Virus record (IMG/VR): IMGVR_UViG_3300042988_001309
Span: 30,094 to 94,093 of that record
From: a virus
DNA: 64,000 bases
Direction: 5' to 3' (one strand)
Part shown: piece after piece, positions 44,393 to 52,992 of the stretch
Numbering within the stretch: position 1 is the stretch's first letter
Layout of the letters: every line of letters begins with the position of its first letter
The notes under the pieces: model-generated
What the model saw: only the letters and a program-made list of their open reading frames with translations
What the model was told of the DNA's origin: nothing
Databases searched by the model: none
Program-made: the position numbers and the translations under genes

Positions 44393-45351
44393 TCGACGGA
44401 CATCGGGTCGTCGGGTTCATCCCCTTCGGCCGCAAGCGCACGGTCGCCGTCATGGTCCCCTACCTGGTGCGCGCCCACCTGGAGGGCGAGCTGGACGAGG
44501 TCATGCTGTGCCTGAACTTTGAGCGCACCAGCCTCACTCAGCCGGGGTTCTTCCACCATCAACAGGCCGAGGACCTCGCCTACGCCCATGAGCTGGAAGC
44601 CCACCATCCGGGCCTGTTCCGCGTGGTCAACATCCCCGGCCCCGACACCCCCGAGCTGCTCGGCCAGGTGCCGGGGGAGTGGATGGACGGCTACCGCAAC
44701 CCCAAACAGCTCAACACTGGCCGCATCTATTGGTACTGCCAGGACCGCAACGCCGTCTACCTCCGCTTCGACGACGACATCATCTGGCTGCACCGCCACG
44801 CCATCCGCAACCTGGTGCGGGCCAAGCTCTCCAAGCCCGAGGCCCTGGCCGTGTTCCCGACCATCTGGAACAACGCCATCAGTTCCTGGACGCTCCAACA
44901 GCGCGGCATCCTCGACACCCGCATGGGCCGGGTCGCTGCGTTGGCGGTGGACCGCCTCGGCTGGGGGCACGCCCCGTTCGCGGAGTACGTGCATCAGACC
45001 CTGCTGGAGTCGATCGAGTCCGGCGACGACGGCGACCGCTTCGTGGACGAGAACTACTGGCACGCCCTGGGCTGGCGGCAACAGTTCTCGGTGTCGTGCT
45101 TCGCGGTGTCGGGCAACGAATACGCCGACGTGAACGGGGTGCTCACCTGGGACGAGGAGGAGCACTGGCTGACCATGCACCGCACGGGTGAGATCGGCAA
45201 GAGCAACTTCGTCTACGGCGGCGCCCACGTCGCCCACTGGACGTTCTTCACCCAACAGAGCTACCTCAACAAGACCGACCTGCTCTATCGCTACTGGCAG
45301 GCCAGCGAGAAGGTCACCCAGGCGCTGCCCGAGCAATGGCGATGGCGATGA
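44389..45351 (+). CDS. glycosyltransferase-like protein (GT-A)
   Basis: FIPFGR N-terminus, VYLRFDDDIIW, WDEE, VAHW. Confidence 0.65.
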   Translation: MIDGHRVVGFIPFGRKRTVAVMVPYLVRAHLEGELDEVMLCLNFERTSLTQPGFFHHQQAEDLAYAHELEAHHPGLFRVVNIPGPDTPELLGQVPGEWMDGYRNPKQLNTGRIYWYCQDRNAVYLRFDDDIIWLHRHAIRNLVRAKLSKPEALAVFPTIWNNAISSWTLQQRGILDTRMGRVAALAVDRLGWGHAPFAEYVHQTLLESIESGDDGDRFVDENYWHALGWRQQFSVSCFAVSGNEYADVNGVLTWDEEEHWLTMHRTGEIGKSNFVYGGAHVAHWTFFTQQSYLNKTDLLYRYWQASEKVTQALPEQWRWR

Positions 45352-45584
45352 GATGCCGTCATGGCCTGTGCCTGCGCCGGGCCCGCTTCACGGTGAACGC
45401 CACCATCGGCAAGCCCGACAGCAAGGGTCTGCTCTCGTTCTCGGCGTGCGAGCGCCACGCCAACAAGCTGGCCGTGGCGCTCATGTTCGCCTACAACACC
45501 GAGGTCTCGGTGACCGGGCCCCGCTCGATCACCACGCTCACCCCCAACGGCGAGATGTCGATGGTGGTGTACCCCGATGAGTGA
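45336..45584 (+). CDS. hypothetical protein
   Basis: overlap-coupled ORF. Confidence 0.45.
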   Translation: MAMAMRCRHGLCLRRARFTVNATIGKPDSKGLLSFSACERHANKLAVALMFAYNTEVSVTGPRSITTLTPNGEMSMVVYPDE

Positions 45585-46092
45585 CTGGGTGGTCATCAAC
45601 GTCCGCATCGCCGACGAACACATCGAGGCCCCTGACGCCACGATCGTGCAACTCGACCTCGACGACTGGTGCGCCAAGGGCAACGAGCTGCTCGCCGCCC
45701 TGCCGTTCCCGGCCCCCGTCATGATCCTCACCGGCGCCTCGCTGGAGCCCGGCTGGACCACACCGATGGAGCTGGCGCTGCGCAAGGCGACGTTCGCCTC
45801 GCCCGTGCTGAGCTTCGATGGCGGCCAGACCGCCCCCGACTGGGAGCCGATCGGCTCGCTGGCATGGGCCGCATGGTCGAGCGTGCTGCTCGGCCTCGGT
45901 GGCTTCGACCCGGCGTTCACGCTGCTCCAGCACCGCTACATGGCGCTCAAGCTCGACGGCGACAACCGCACTGCAACCCACGTTGACACGGCCGTGGCGC
46001 GCCCGGCCGCCACCGACGCGCTCACCGAGCGACTGGGCCAGCTCTATTACCCGCTACTGGAGGAGCAACGACTCCTCGATGGAGGCAACTGA
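45577..46092 (+). CDS. hypothetical protein, possibly a degenerate glycosyltransferase
   Basis: GN...EPGW..P...LGGFDPAF resembles the GT2 C-terminal half. Confidence 0.45.
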   Translation: MSDWVVINVRIADEHIEAPDATIVQLDLDDWCAKGNELLAALPFPAPVMILTGASLEPGWTTPMELALRKATFASPVLSFDGGQTAPDWEPIGSLAWAAWSSVLLGLGGFDPAFTLLQHRYMALKLDGDNRTATHVDTAVARPAATDALTERLGQLYYPLLEEQRLLDGGN

Positions 46093-46421
46093 TGCGACCG
46101 TTCATCGAACCGTTTGAAGCCGTGAACAACCTCGACGACCTCGGTCGCCCCGCCGGTGGCTACGTCGTCGGAACCGGGCTCCAGATCGTGTGGCAGAACG
46201 GCCCACTCGGGCGCGGCGAGGAGCAGATCGAGCCCAACGGTGCGTTCGTGTCAACGGTGATTGCCGCCGTCATCCAACGGCTCCAGCACTACCAGGACTC
46301 CGAGTTCAACTGTCGGGAGAACGCGCTGGCCATCACCAAGCTGGAGGAGGCGCTCCACTGGCTGCAATCCCGCTTCGATGACCGCGAGGCGCGTGGCGTG
46401 CAAGGGACGCACGGCAAGTGA
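46092..46421 (+). CDS. tad1: Tad1-family anti-defence nucleotide sponge
   Basis: WQNGP...NG...IQRLQHYQDSEFNCRENALAITKLEEALHWL..R..DREARGVQGTH. Confidence 0.85.
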   Translation: MRPFIEPFEAVNNLDDLGRPAGGYVVGTGLQIVWQNGPLGRGEEQIEPNGAFVSTVIAAVIQRLQHYQDSEFNCRENALAITKLEEALHWLQSRFDDREARGVQGTHGK

Positions 46422-47167
46422 GCGAGGCACCCACCGGCTACGTCGCCACCGTGTGCTCGTACTGGCCGCTGCGTCGCGCCAACGTGGAGCGCATCGTGCG
46501 CGACCTGGCCGCCTCGACGCTGCCACCAAGCGAGATCATCGTGGTGAACAACGGCGACCTCGACTTCACCGAGCTGGCTGATGCCGACCTCGGCGTGCCG
46601 GTCGCCGTCATGACCCCGGGGTTCAACACCTGGACCCGTGGGAAGTTCATCGCCGCGCTGCTGACCCCGGCGCCCTACTACCTGATGATCGACGAGGACA
46701 CCTCGGTCGGACCGCGCACCGCCGAGGTGCTCATGAGTTGGGCCGGTGGCCGCCGAGGGATGGTGACGGGCTACTGGGGCGTGAAGCTGGCCGGGCGCTC
46801 GTTCATGTCCGGCGGCATCATCCAGCCCCACCTGCTGCCCTACGAAACCAAAGTTGACGCCTTCCACGGCCGGGCCATGTTCATGGCCTACGACGCCGTG
46901 GTGCGGATGCTCGCCGTCGAGGAGGACATCCGCATCCGCCCGGCCAAGGGTCGCCCGGCGTGGCATCACGAAGGCGACGACATCATCGCCGGGCTCGCCA
47001 ACCCCGAGGGGTCCTACGCCATCGCCCTCAAGGGCGACGCCGCGTTCGTGGACCTCGATCAGTGTGGCCAAGCCCTCCAGTTCCAAGACGGCTACTTCGC
47101 CGAGCGTGACTCGCTGACCGGCGACATCCTCGACGCTCTCGCCGCCCACCCCGCCCCGCAATGGTGA
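46418..47167 (+). CDS. glycosyltransferase (GT-A)
   Basis: PSEIIVVNN, YLMIDED (DxD), GDDII. Confidence 0.7.
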   Translation: MSEAPTGYVATVCSYWPLRRANVERIVRDLAASTLPPSEIIVVNNGDLDFTELADADLGVPVAVMTPGFNTWTRGKFIAALLTPAPYYLMIDEDTSVGPRTAEVLMSWAGGRRGMVTGYWGVKLAGRSFMSGGIIQPHLLPYETKVDAFHGRAMFMAYDAVVRMLAVEEDIRIRPAKGRPAWHHEGDDIIAGLANPEGSYAIALKGDAAFVDLDQCGQALQFQDGYFAERDSLTGDILDALAAHPAPQW

Positions 47168-47182
47168 ACAGGAGACCATCCG

Positions 47183-47356
47183 ATGTCCGAGATGCGAGAA
47201 GTCGCACGGCTCACACAACCGATCCGCCTCACGACACTGCACGCCGTCATGTCGAGTCTCTCCGATCGGGCCCAGGTCGAGATCGAGGCGAGCCGCCCGC
47301 CCCGGCTGGTGTTCCTGGAGCCGGTCGACCCCGCCGAACCGAGCCCCCTGTCGTGA
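47183..47356 (+). CDS. small hypothetical protein
   Basis: AGGAG RBS; MSEMREVARL... Confidence 0.45.
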   Translation: MSEMREVARLTQPIRLTTLHAVMSSLSDRAQVEIEASRPPRLVFLEPVDPAEPSPLS

Positions 47357-47529
47357 GCGCCAACCATGAGATCCCGATGGGCGACGCCGACGAGGTGGAT
47401 GCGTTCACCCGGTGGCGCACGGTGCTGCACTGGCGACCCGGTGAGCGCCACAAGATCAAGCGCCGCTACCGCAAGCGGGTCCGGCGCGAGGTGAAAGAGG
47501 CCCTGCGCCGGGACGGGGGCGAGGAGTGA
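47353..47529 (+). CDS. small basic hypothetical protein
   Basis: DEVDAFTRWR...KIKRRYRKRVRR; GTGA overlaps. Confidence 0.55.
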   Translation: MSANHEIPMGDADEVDAFTRWRTVLHWRPGERHKIKRRYRKRVRREVKEALRRDGGEE

Positions 47530-48665
47530 AGATCCACTTCGCATCGTGCGACTTCGCCGCCCCGGTCGGCGACGAGCTGCCGTCATTGGGAGGGTCGGGC
47601 TGGTATCGCTGTGGCCTGCCCGCCAAGGCGCTCGCCGCACTCGGCCATGAGATCCAGCTCGGCACGTTGGCCGCTGGCAACATCGGCGGACCACACGGCC
47701 GCCGCCGCCTCGGGGTGCGCACCTGGGACGGCGAGCTGCACTGGGACGCCGACGTGATCGTGCTCCAGCGGTGGATGCACTGGAACGTGGCCAGCGACAT
47801 CGCCGCGGCGCGCGCCGGTGGTCAGTTGGTGATCAACGACATCGACGACTGGTTCTTCGGGCTCGACCCGAGCAACCGGGCCTTCGCCAGCTCGCACCCC
47901 CGGCTCCACCCCGACGCCAACGTGAACCACTACCGCAAGGCGCTCGCGGCCAGCTCACTCATCACCACCTCGACGCCGTACCTGGCTGACCGCCTCGGCA
48001 AGATGTTCCCCCGCACCCCGATCGTGGTGCTGCGCAACATGGTCGAGGTCGACATCTTCCGCCAGCGCCACCAGCCCCGGAGCAAGCCCGTCATCGGCTG
48101 GGCCGGGGCCATCCCGTGGCGCTCGGGTGACATCGAGACCATGCAAGGCATCCTCGGGCCGTTCCTGCGCGAGTCGGGCTGCGCGTTCCACCACTCGGGG
48201 CATCGCCCGTGGGTCGATGCGTCCACCCGCGAGGAGTTGCCCACCTTCGCCGCCGCCGCCAAGCTCGACCCCTCGATCACGGTGACGACCTCACCGATGG
48301 TTCCCACCGATCAGATCCCGGCGCTGTACGAGTTCTTCGACGTGGGCATCGTGCCGCTGCGCAAGGCGCCGTTCAACGAGGCCAAGAGTGCGATCAAGGG
48401 CATGGAGATGGCCGCCGCCGGTATCCCGGTGGTCGCCGCCGACCTGCCCGAGTACCGCTGGGCCGCCAAGCTCGGCATCTGCACCGTGGCCGACCGGGCC
48501 CCTCGATGGCTCAAGGAACTGCGGGCCCTCATCCCCCAAGACGAGCGGGTCGATCGCGCCGCTGCCCAGCTCGCCGCGGTGCGCTCCCAGGCGCCATCGG
48601 TGCGGGCCCATGACTGGGTGGACGCCTACACTGACGCCTTGGATCATCTGGTCAAGACGGCTTGA
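47526..48665 (+). CDS. glycosyltransferase, GT-B (GT4-like)
   Basis: GWYRC..P, VLQR, DIDD, IGWAG, DVGIVPL...FNEAKSAIKGME. Confidence 0.88.
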   Translation: MKIHFASCDFAAPVGDELPSLGGSGWYRCGLPAKALAALGHEIQLGTLAAGNIGGPHGRRRLGVRTWDGELHWDADVIVLQRWMHWNVASDIAAARAGGQLVINDIDDWFFGLDPSNRAFASSHPRLHPDANVNHYRKALAASSLITTSTPYLADRLGKMFPRTPIVVLRNMVEVDIFRQRHQPRSKPVIGWAGAIPWRSGDIETMQGILGPFLRESGCAFHHSGHRPWVDASTREELPTFAAAAKLDPSITVTTSPMVPTDQIPALYEFFDVGIVPLRKAPFNEAKSAIKGMEMAAAGIPVVAADLPEYRWAAKLGICTVADRAPRWLKELRALIPQDERVDRAAAQLAAVRSQAPSVRAHDWVDAYTDALDHLVKTA

Positions 48666-48690
48666 CCAGAATCTCTCGGGTCGTTATGGT
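48647..48690 (+). promoter_or_regulatory. perfect palindromic operator overlapping a promoter
   Basis: TCTGGTCAAG-acgg-CTTGACCAGA; -35 TTGACC 48662, 17 nt, -10 TATGGT 48685. Confidence 0.8.
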
Positions 48691-48713
48691 TCTCTCAACG
48701 AGAGGAGCCCCCT

Positions 48714-49160
48714 ATGTCCCCCAGTGACAACCCCGACTTCAAGGCCTGGTACGGCACCATCCGTTCCAACTGCCAACGCCTCATCGAGGCCGCCGTGGAT
48801 GGCGACCCGCACGGCAAGGAACTGGACGAGCTGGACGACTACGACTTCGCCGCCGTGGCCGTCATGCTCGCCCGCCTGTCGGTCCCGCCGGGAGCGCTCG
48901 ACGCCTGTGAGGAGCACGGCGTCGGGTTCGTGGTGTTCAACGCCGAGGCCGAGCCGGTCGCCATCGACGAGGCCCCGGCCGAGGTGCGGCTCATCGGCCA
49001 GTTGGTGGCGTGCGCTGCCAACCGCGACTACGAGACCGCCCACGCCCTGGCGATGGCGTCGGAGGCCTCGGTGTTCGCCAATGCGCTGGAGTGCCTGGCC
49101 ACGATGGCCGCGCAGGCCTATCTGGCCGACCGGGCCGCCCAGGCTGCCCGCTGGAACTAG
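48714..49160 (+). CDS. hypothetical protein (moron-like)
   Basis: own promoter, AGAGGAG RBS. Confidence 0.7.
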   Translation: MSPSDNPDFKAWYGTIRSNCQRLIEAAVDGDPHGKELDELDDYDFAAVAVMLARLSVPPGALDACEEHGVGFVVFNAEAEPVAIDEAPAEVRLIGQLVACAANRDYETAHALAMASEASVFANALECLATMAAQAYLADRAAQAARWN

Positions 49161-49209
49161 CACCCCGAGTAAGCCCTGGGTGACCAGATGACCGCCGTAC
49201 CATGGCGGC

Positions 49210-49824
49210 ATGGCGCCGGTGACCGTGTCCGAGATGATCGACTACATGGGCCGGGCCTTCTCGGCCGGTGAGATCACCGCCGCCAGCGTCCTGCTCGACG
49301 ACGTGTCGGCCGAGGCCGAGGCGGTGATCAACCGCTCGATCGGCGTGCAGACCGTGACCGAGTCGGTGCAGGTCATCGTGCCCCCGTTCCGCGGCGAGCC
49401 GCTGTGGGTGGCGCTCAGCCGGGCCCCGGTCGCCTCGGTGACCTCGGTGTCGCTCAACGGCTCGGCACTCACCGCGTCGGGCTCCTGGGCCCAGGAACGA
49501 TCGGGCATCACGATCTTCGCCTACGCCGCCCCCAGCCCTGGCGTGGTGACCGTCGAGGTCACCTACACCGGCGGGCTCACCGGCTCCAAGGCCGACCAGG
49601 CCAAGGGCGTCATCAAGCGTCGGGTCGCTCGGGTCCTCAACAAACGGGCCGACGAGGCGCTCGGCACCGCTGTGGCCGAGGTCGACGGCTACCGCTCCCA
49701 GTACGAGAGCGAGAGCTTCACCGAGGAGGAACTGGCGACGCTGCGCCGCTGCCGGGGGGTGGCTGTCAGCTCGCCTCGCACCGACACCCCTGGGCTCATG
49801 GACCTCTCCTGGGGTCGATGGTGA
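49210..49824 (+). CDS. head-to-tail adaptor
   Basis: position; APVASVTSVS, VEVTYTGG, FTEEELATLRR. Confidence 0.7.
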   Translation: MAPVTVSEMIDYMGRAFSAGEITAASVLLDDVSAEAEAVINRSIGVQTVTESVQVIVPPFRGEPLWVALSRAPVASVTSVSLNGSALTASGSWAQERSGITIFAYAAPSPGVVTVEVTYTGGLTGSKADQAKGVIKRRVARVLNKRADEALGTAVAEVDGYRSQYESESFTEEELATLRRCRGVAVSSPRTDTPGLMDLSWGRW

Positions 49825-50165
49825 CCCGCCTGCTGCGCCACCGCATCGCGCTGCGCACCCCGTCGGGCCAGACGGTCGACGGCGAGGGTCGCTGGGTCGA
49901 CAACGATCGGGTCGCCATCGTCTACGGCCACGCCGAGGTGTCCGGTCCGGCCACCGCCTCGGACATGGGTGGCGTCCGCCTCGCCGCCGACGGCACCACC
50001 CAGCGGGCCTCGATCGTGATCCCCAAGCGCCCACCGATCCCGGTCGGCGTCCACACCCGCGTCACGGTCTCGGGCTCGCCCACGGCCGACGGGGACTGGC
50101 TCGTCGAGTCGGTCCTCACCACCCGCCTCAACATGCGCCTCGGGGTGACTCGCTATGCCCACTAA
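49818..50165 (+). CDS. head-to-tail stopper/closure protein
   Basis: position and size; LLRHRI...DGEG...W.VES. Confidence 0.6.
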   Translation: MVTRLLRHRIALRTPSGQTVDGEGRWVDNDRVAIVYGHAEVSGPATASDMGGVRLAADGTTQRASIVIPKRPPIPVGVHTRVTVSGSPTADGDWLVESVLTTRLNMRLGVTRYAH

Positions 50166-50661
50166 CGCCGCCTACAACCGAGCCCAGCTCGCCGCCGGGC
50201 GACTGCGCCTGGAGATGCTCGGGCTGGCCATCAAACACGCCGTGGCCGACGAGGCCGAGTGGGTCGGCCAGGCCGTGGTCAACGTGATCCAGGCCCAGCT
50301 CGCCCGGCCGGTGTTCCCCCGCTCCGCCCCCGGCGGCTGGCCAGCGCGTGAGACCGGCCGCCTCTCGGGCTTGGCGCCGTCATTCAACGCCCGGCCCAGC
50401 GCGCTGCGCAAGGGCACCGGGTCCCCGGCCACCGGCTACCAGTTCTCGGTCGACGTGAACCGGGCGCTCGACAACGTGAGCATCGAGATCGGCTCGCCCA
50501 TGGAGTACGCCCCCTACCTGGAGATGGGCACCCGCCGCATGGCTGCCCGCCCCCATCTGCGCCGCGCCGCCGACATCGTCGAGCCGACCATCGGGCCCCG
50601 ACTGGCATCGGCGATCGTGGCCGCCGAGACGCGCGTGGCCACCGGGAGCCGTGTCGCATGA
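50155..50661 (+). CDS. HK97 gp10-like neck protein
   Basis: SAPGG.PARETGRL; YAPYLEMGTRRMAARPHLR. Confidence 0.8.
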   Translation: MPTNAAYNRAQLAAGRLRLEMLGLAIKHAVADEAEWVGQAVVNVIQAQLARPVFPRSAPGGWPARETGRLSGLAPSFNARPSALRKGTGSPATGYQFSVDVNRALDNVSIEIGSPMEYAPYLEMGTRRMAARPHLRRAADIVEPTIGPRLASAIVAAETRVATGSRVA

Positions 50662-51026
50662 GCCTGCGCTCGGAGATCCGCGCCCGGATGCTGACCGTGT
50701 CGGGCATCGGGGAGGTCTATGCCGACGAGGCCCCCGACTCGGCCACCTACCCGCACGCCGTGTTGACCGTGGACGAGACCGCCAGCCCGGCGCTCAAGGG
50801 CGACGGCGCCGTCATGGCCTGGCAACGCGATGCCCGCATCGACCTGTGGGAGGAGCGGGGCTCGACCGAGGGCGAGACGCTGCGCACCTCACTGCGCGAC
50901 ACCCTCGATGGGTTCCGCCTCACCGACAACTCCAAGCTCCGGGTCCAGTCCAGCTTGCGGGACCCCGACGCCACCCACCGGGTGGTCCACCACATCATGA
51001 CGATCCGGGTGATCACCTTGCGGTGA
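50658..51026 (+). CDS. tail terminator
   Basis: VYADEAP..ATYP, RIDLW; position before major tail gene. Confidence 0.7.
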   Translation: MSLRSEIRARMLTVSGIGEVYADEAPDSATYPHAVLTVDETASPALKGDGAVMAWQRDARIDLWEERGSTEGETLRTSLRDTLDGFRLTDNSKLRVQSSLRDPDATHRVVHHIMTIRVITLR

Positions 51027-51105
51027 CCCGACCATCCGCCCACCTGGGGTAATCAGCGCGGATGATGGCGATCAGTAGCGCCGATCCAACCCCAGGAGGC
51101 CCCCG

Positions 51106-51702
51106 GTGTCGAATCTCAGTACCGAGACCGTCGTATTCGATGTCAGTGACTGCAAGGTCTACCCGCTGCTCACCGACGTGACAGGAGCCAGCCCGACCTA
51201 CGGTGCGGCCGTCGATGTCCCGGGCATCGCCCAGGTCTCGTTGGAGCCGAACCTGACCTCGGCCGAGTTGAAGGGCGACAGCCGCATCATCGCCAAGCGC
51301 GGCCGTGTGGACCGCTTCAACTTCTCGGCGACCTACGGCAAGCTCAGCTTGGACGTGCTCAACACCCTGCTCGGGTCCAGCACGCTCAACGCCCAGGGCA
51401 CCACGCCGAGCCGGACCCAGAACCTGGTGATCGCGTCGCCGGGCTCCAGCCCGTACTTCAAGCTGGAGTTCCTCATCGCCGACGTGGACGAGGGCATCGG
51501 GTCGCTCAACGTGATCCTGTTCAAGTGTCTGCTCACGGGCGGCACGTTGTTCCAGTCCAGCTCGGACTCGTTCGGCCAGCCGTCGCTCCAGTGCGAGGCC
51601 ATCGCCACCAACGGTGGCTACACGCCTCCGGGGGGCTCGCTGGTGACCAACCCCATCTTGGCGCTCCAGCTCAACGAGACGGCCGCCAACCTCAGCTCCT
51701 GA
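51106..51702 (+). CDS. major tail protein
   Basis: AGGAGG RBS; Y..AVDVPG, ELKGD, PYFKLE; position. Confidence 0.75.
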   Translation: MSNLSTETVVFDVSDCKVYPLLTDVTGASPTYGAAVDVPGIAQVSLEPNLTSAELKGDSRIIAKRGRVDRFNFSATYGKLSLDVLNTLLGSSTLNAQGTTPSRTQNLVIASPGSSPYFKLEFLIADVDEGIGSLNVILFKCLLTGGTLFQSSSDSFGQPSLQCEAIATNGGYTPPGGSLVTNPILALQLNETAANLSS

Positions 51703-51729
51703 TCCATCGGGTCAACTGGGGTAAACCTG

Positions 51730-51780
51730 GACCACGACCCCGCTGTGGCCGAAATCGGGGGGCCACGGCGGGGTCTGGTC
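51730..51780 (+). terminator. hairpin after major tail gene
   Basis: GACCCCGCTGTGGCC...GGCCACGGCGGGGTC; no U-tract. Confidence 0.4.
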
Positions 51781-51811
51781 GCGAGATGCCATACACACAG
51801 AGGAGGACACT

Positions 51812-52336
51812 GTGGAAGCTCCCAGCCCCATCGTGCTGAGGAACAAGGGCGTGCCCATCGAGGCCGCCGTCATCACCAACGGCGAGCGCACCTTCAACGG
51901 TGACGATCTCGTCGTCGAGACCCGCTACGTCCGGTTCGGCAACAACGAGATCGCCGACCTGGAGGATGCGTTCGGGGACATGGAGGGGTTCAGCGAGGCC
52001 ACGGCCAAGACCCCGTCCAGGGCTGTGCGCGGGGCGCTGGCGTGCGCGTGGGGCGTCGAGCCCCGTGTCGCCGGGCTCATGATGCTCGACGGTCGCCTCA
52101 ACGACTACGCCACGGCGGTGTCGACGGCGCTGGCCATCGCCAACGGCGTGGACCCTACGCAAGCCGCCGAGCTGCTCCGGGTGGGCGTCAAGGCGGCGGA
52201 CAAGATGAGCGAGGCGCGAACGGCAATGATCGCGGAGACGATCGCCAAAGCCGACGCCGCCGTGGAAGCCCTCGCCGAGGCCCCATCCCCTGGGCCCAGT
52301 GGCTCGGAGCCTGGGCCCGAACCGGACGTGCTGTAG
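51812..52336 (+). CDS. tail assembly chaperone (G)
   Basis: GAGGAGG RBS; between major tail and tape measure genes. Confidence 0.7.
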   Translation: MEAPSPIVLRNKGVPIEAAVITNGERTFNGDDLVVETRYVRFGNNEIADLEDAFGDMEGFSEATAKTPSRAVRGALACAWGVEPRVAGLMMLDGRLNDYATAVSTALAIANGVDPTQAAELLRVGVKAADKMSEARTAMIAETIAKADAAVEALAEAPSPGPSGSEPGPEPDVL

Positions 52337-52527
52337 ACGAGTTCTGGCACCTGAGCCCAGCTCAGTCGGTGTTCGTGATCAACGAGCACGCCAAGAAATA
52401 CGGGCAGGGCAAACAGAAACGCAAGGGCACGGCCCGCGACCTGCTGCGCATGTTCGGCGACCCCCGAGGCTTTGAGGGCCGCGGGGACATCGACTACTCG
52501 ACGGTCGATACCACCGGCGCTGGTTGA
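52280..52527 (+). other. -1 frame extension of tail chaperone (GT), probable programmed frameshift
   Basis: -1 frame reads PIPWAQWLGAW...DEFWHLSPAQ; no own start/RBS. Confidence 0.6.
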
Positions 52528-52559
52528 ACCGGGCCGTCCTGGTCGCTATCTTCCGGCGC

Positions 52560-52940
52560 ATGGGCAAGCTCTCCGCCGTCATCGTCACATCCGCACTCCT
52601 GGCCGCCTGTGGCGGGGGAGGCTCCCAGCTCTCCGACGAGGAGCGCACCGCTGTGAGCCAGCTCGCCCAGGTGGCCAAGGAATCCAAGTCGGCCAAGGCC
52701 TGCACGGAGATGTTCGCCGAGGGCGCCGTCATCGTGCTCGACGACCTCGACAAGCCGTGCAAGGACGCCGCCGGGAAGCTCCACCTCTACGGCTACGCCA
52801 ACCACGACTGTGTCGACGGCGGCACGCTCGGATGGAACGACGTGGCCTGGTGGGACGAGACGATGGTCGCCCACGCCATCGACCAGACGTTGGACACCAA
52901 GACGGCCCCCGACGACCTGATCGCGGCCTGCCAGGGCTGA
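52560..52940 (+). CDS. lipoprotein
   Basis: MGKLSAVIVTSALLAAC lipobox. Confidence 0.7.
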   Translation: MGKLSAVIVTSALLAACGGGGSQLSDEERTAVSQLAQVAKESKSAKACTEMFAEGAVIVLDDLDKPCKDAAGKLHLYGYANHDCVDGGTLGWNDVAWWDETMVAHAIDQTLDTKTAPDDLIAACQG

Positions 52941-52992
52941 ACCTGTCCCCAGAGTCCCTGGGGGTTACCAGAGGCGCCGTTACCGTGGTGGC

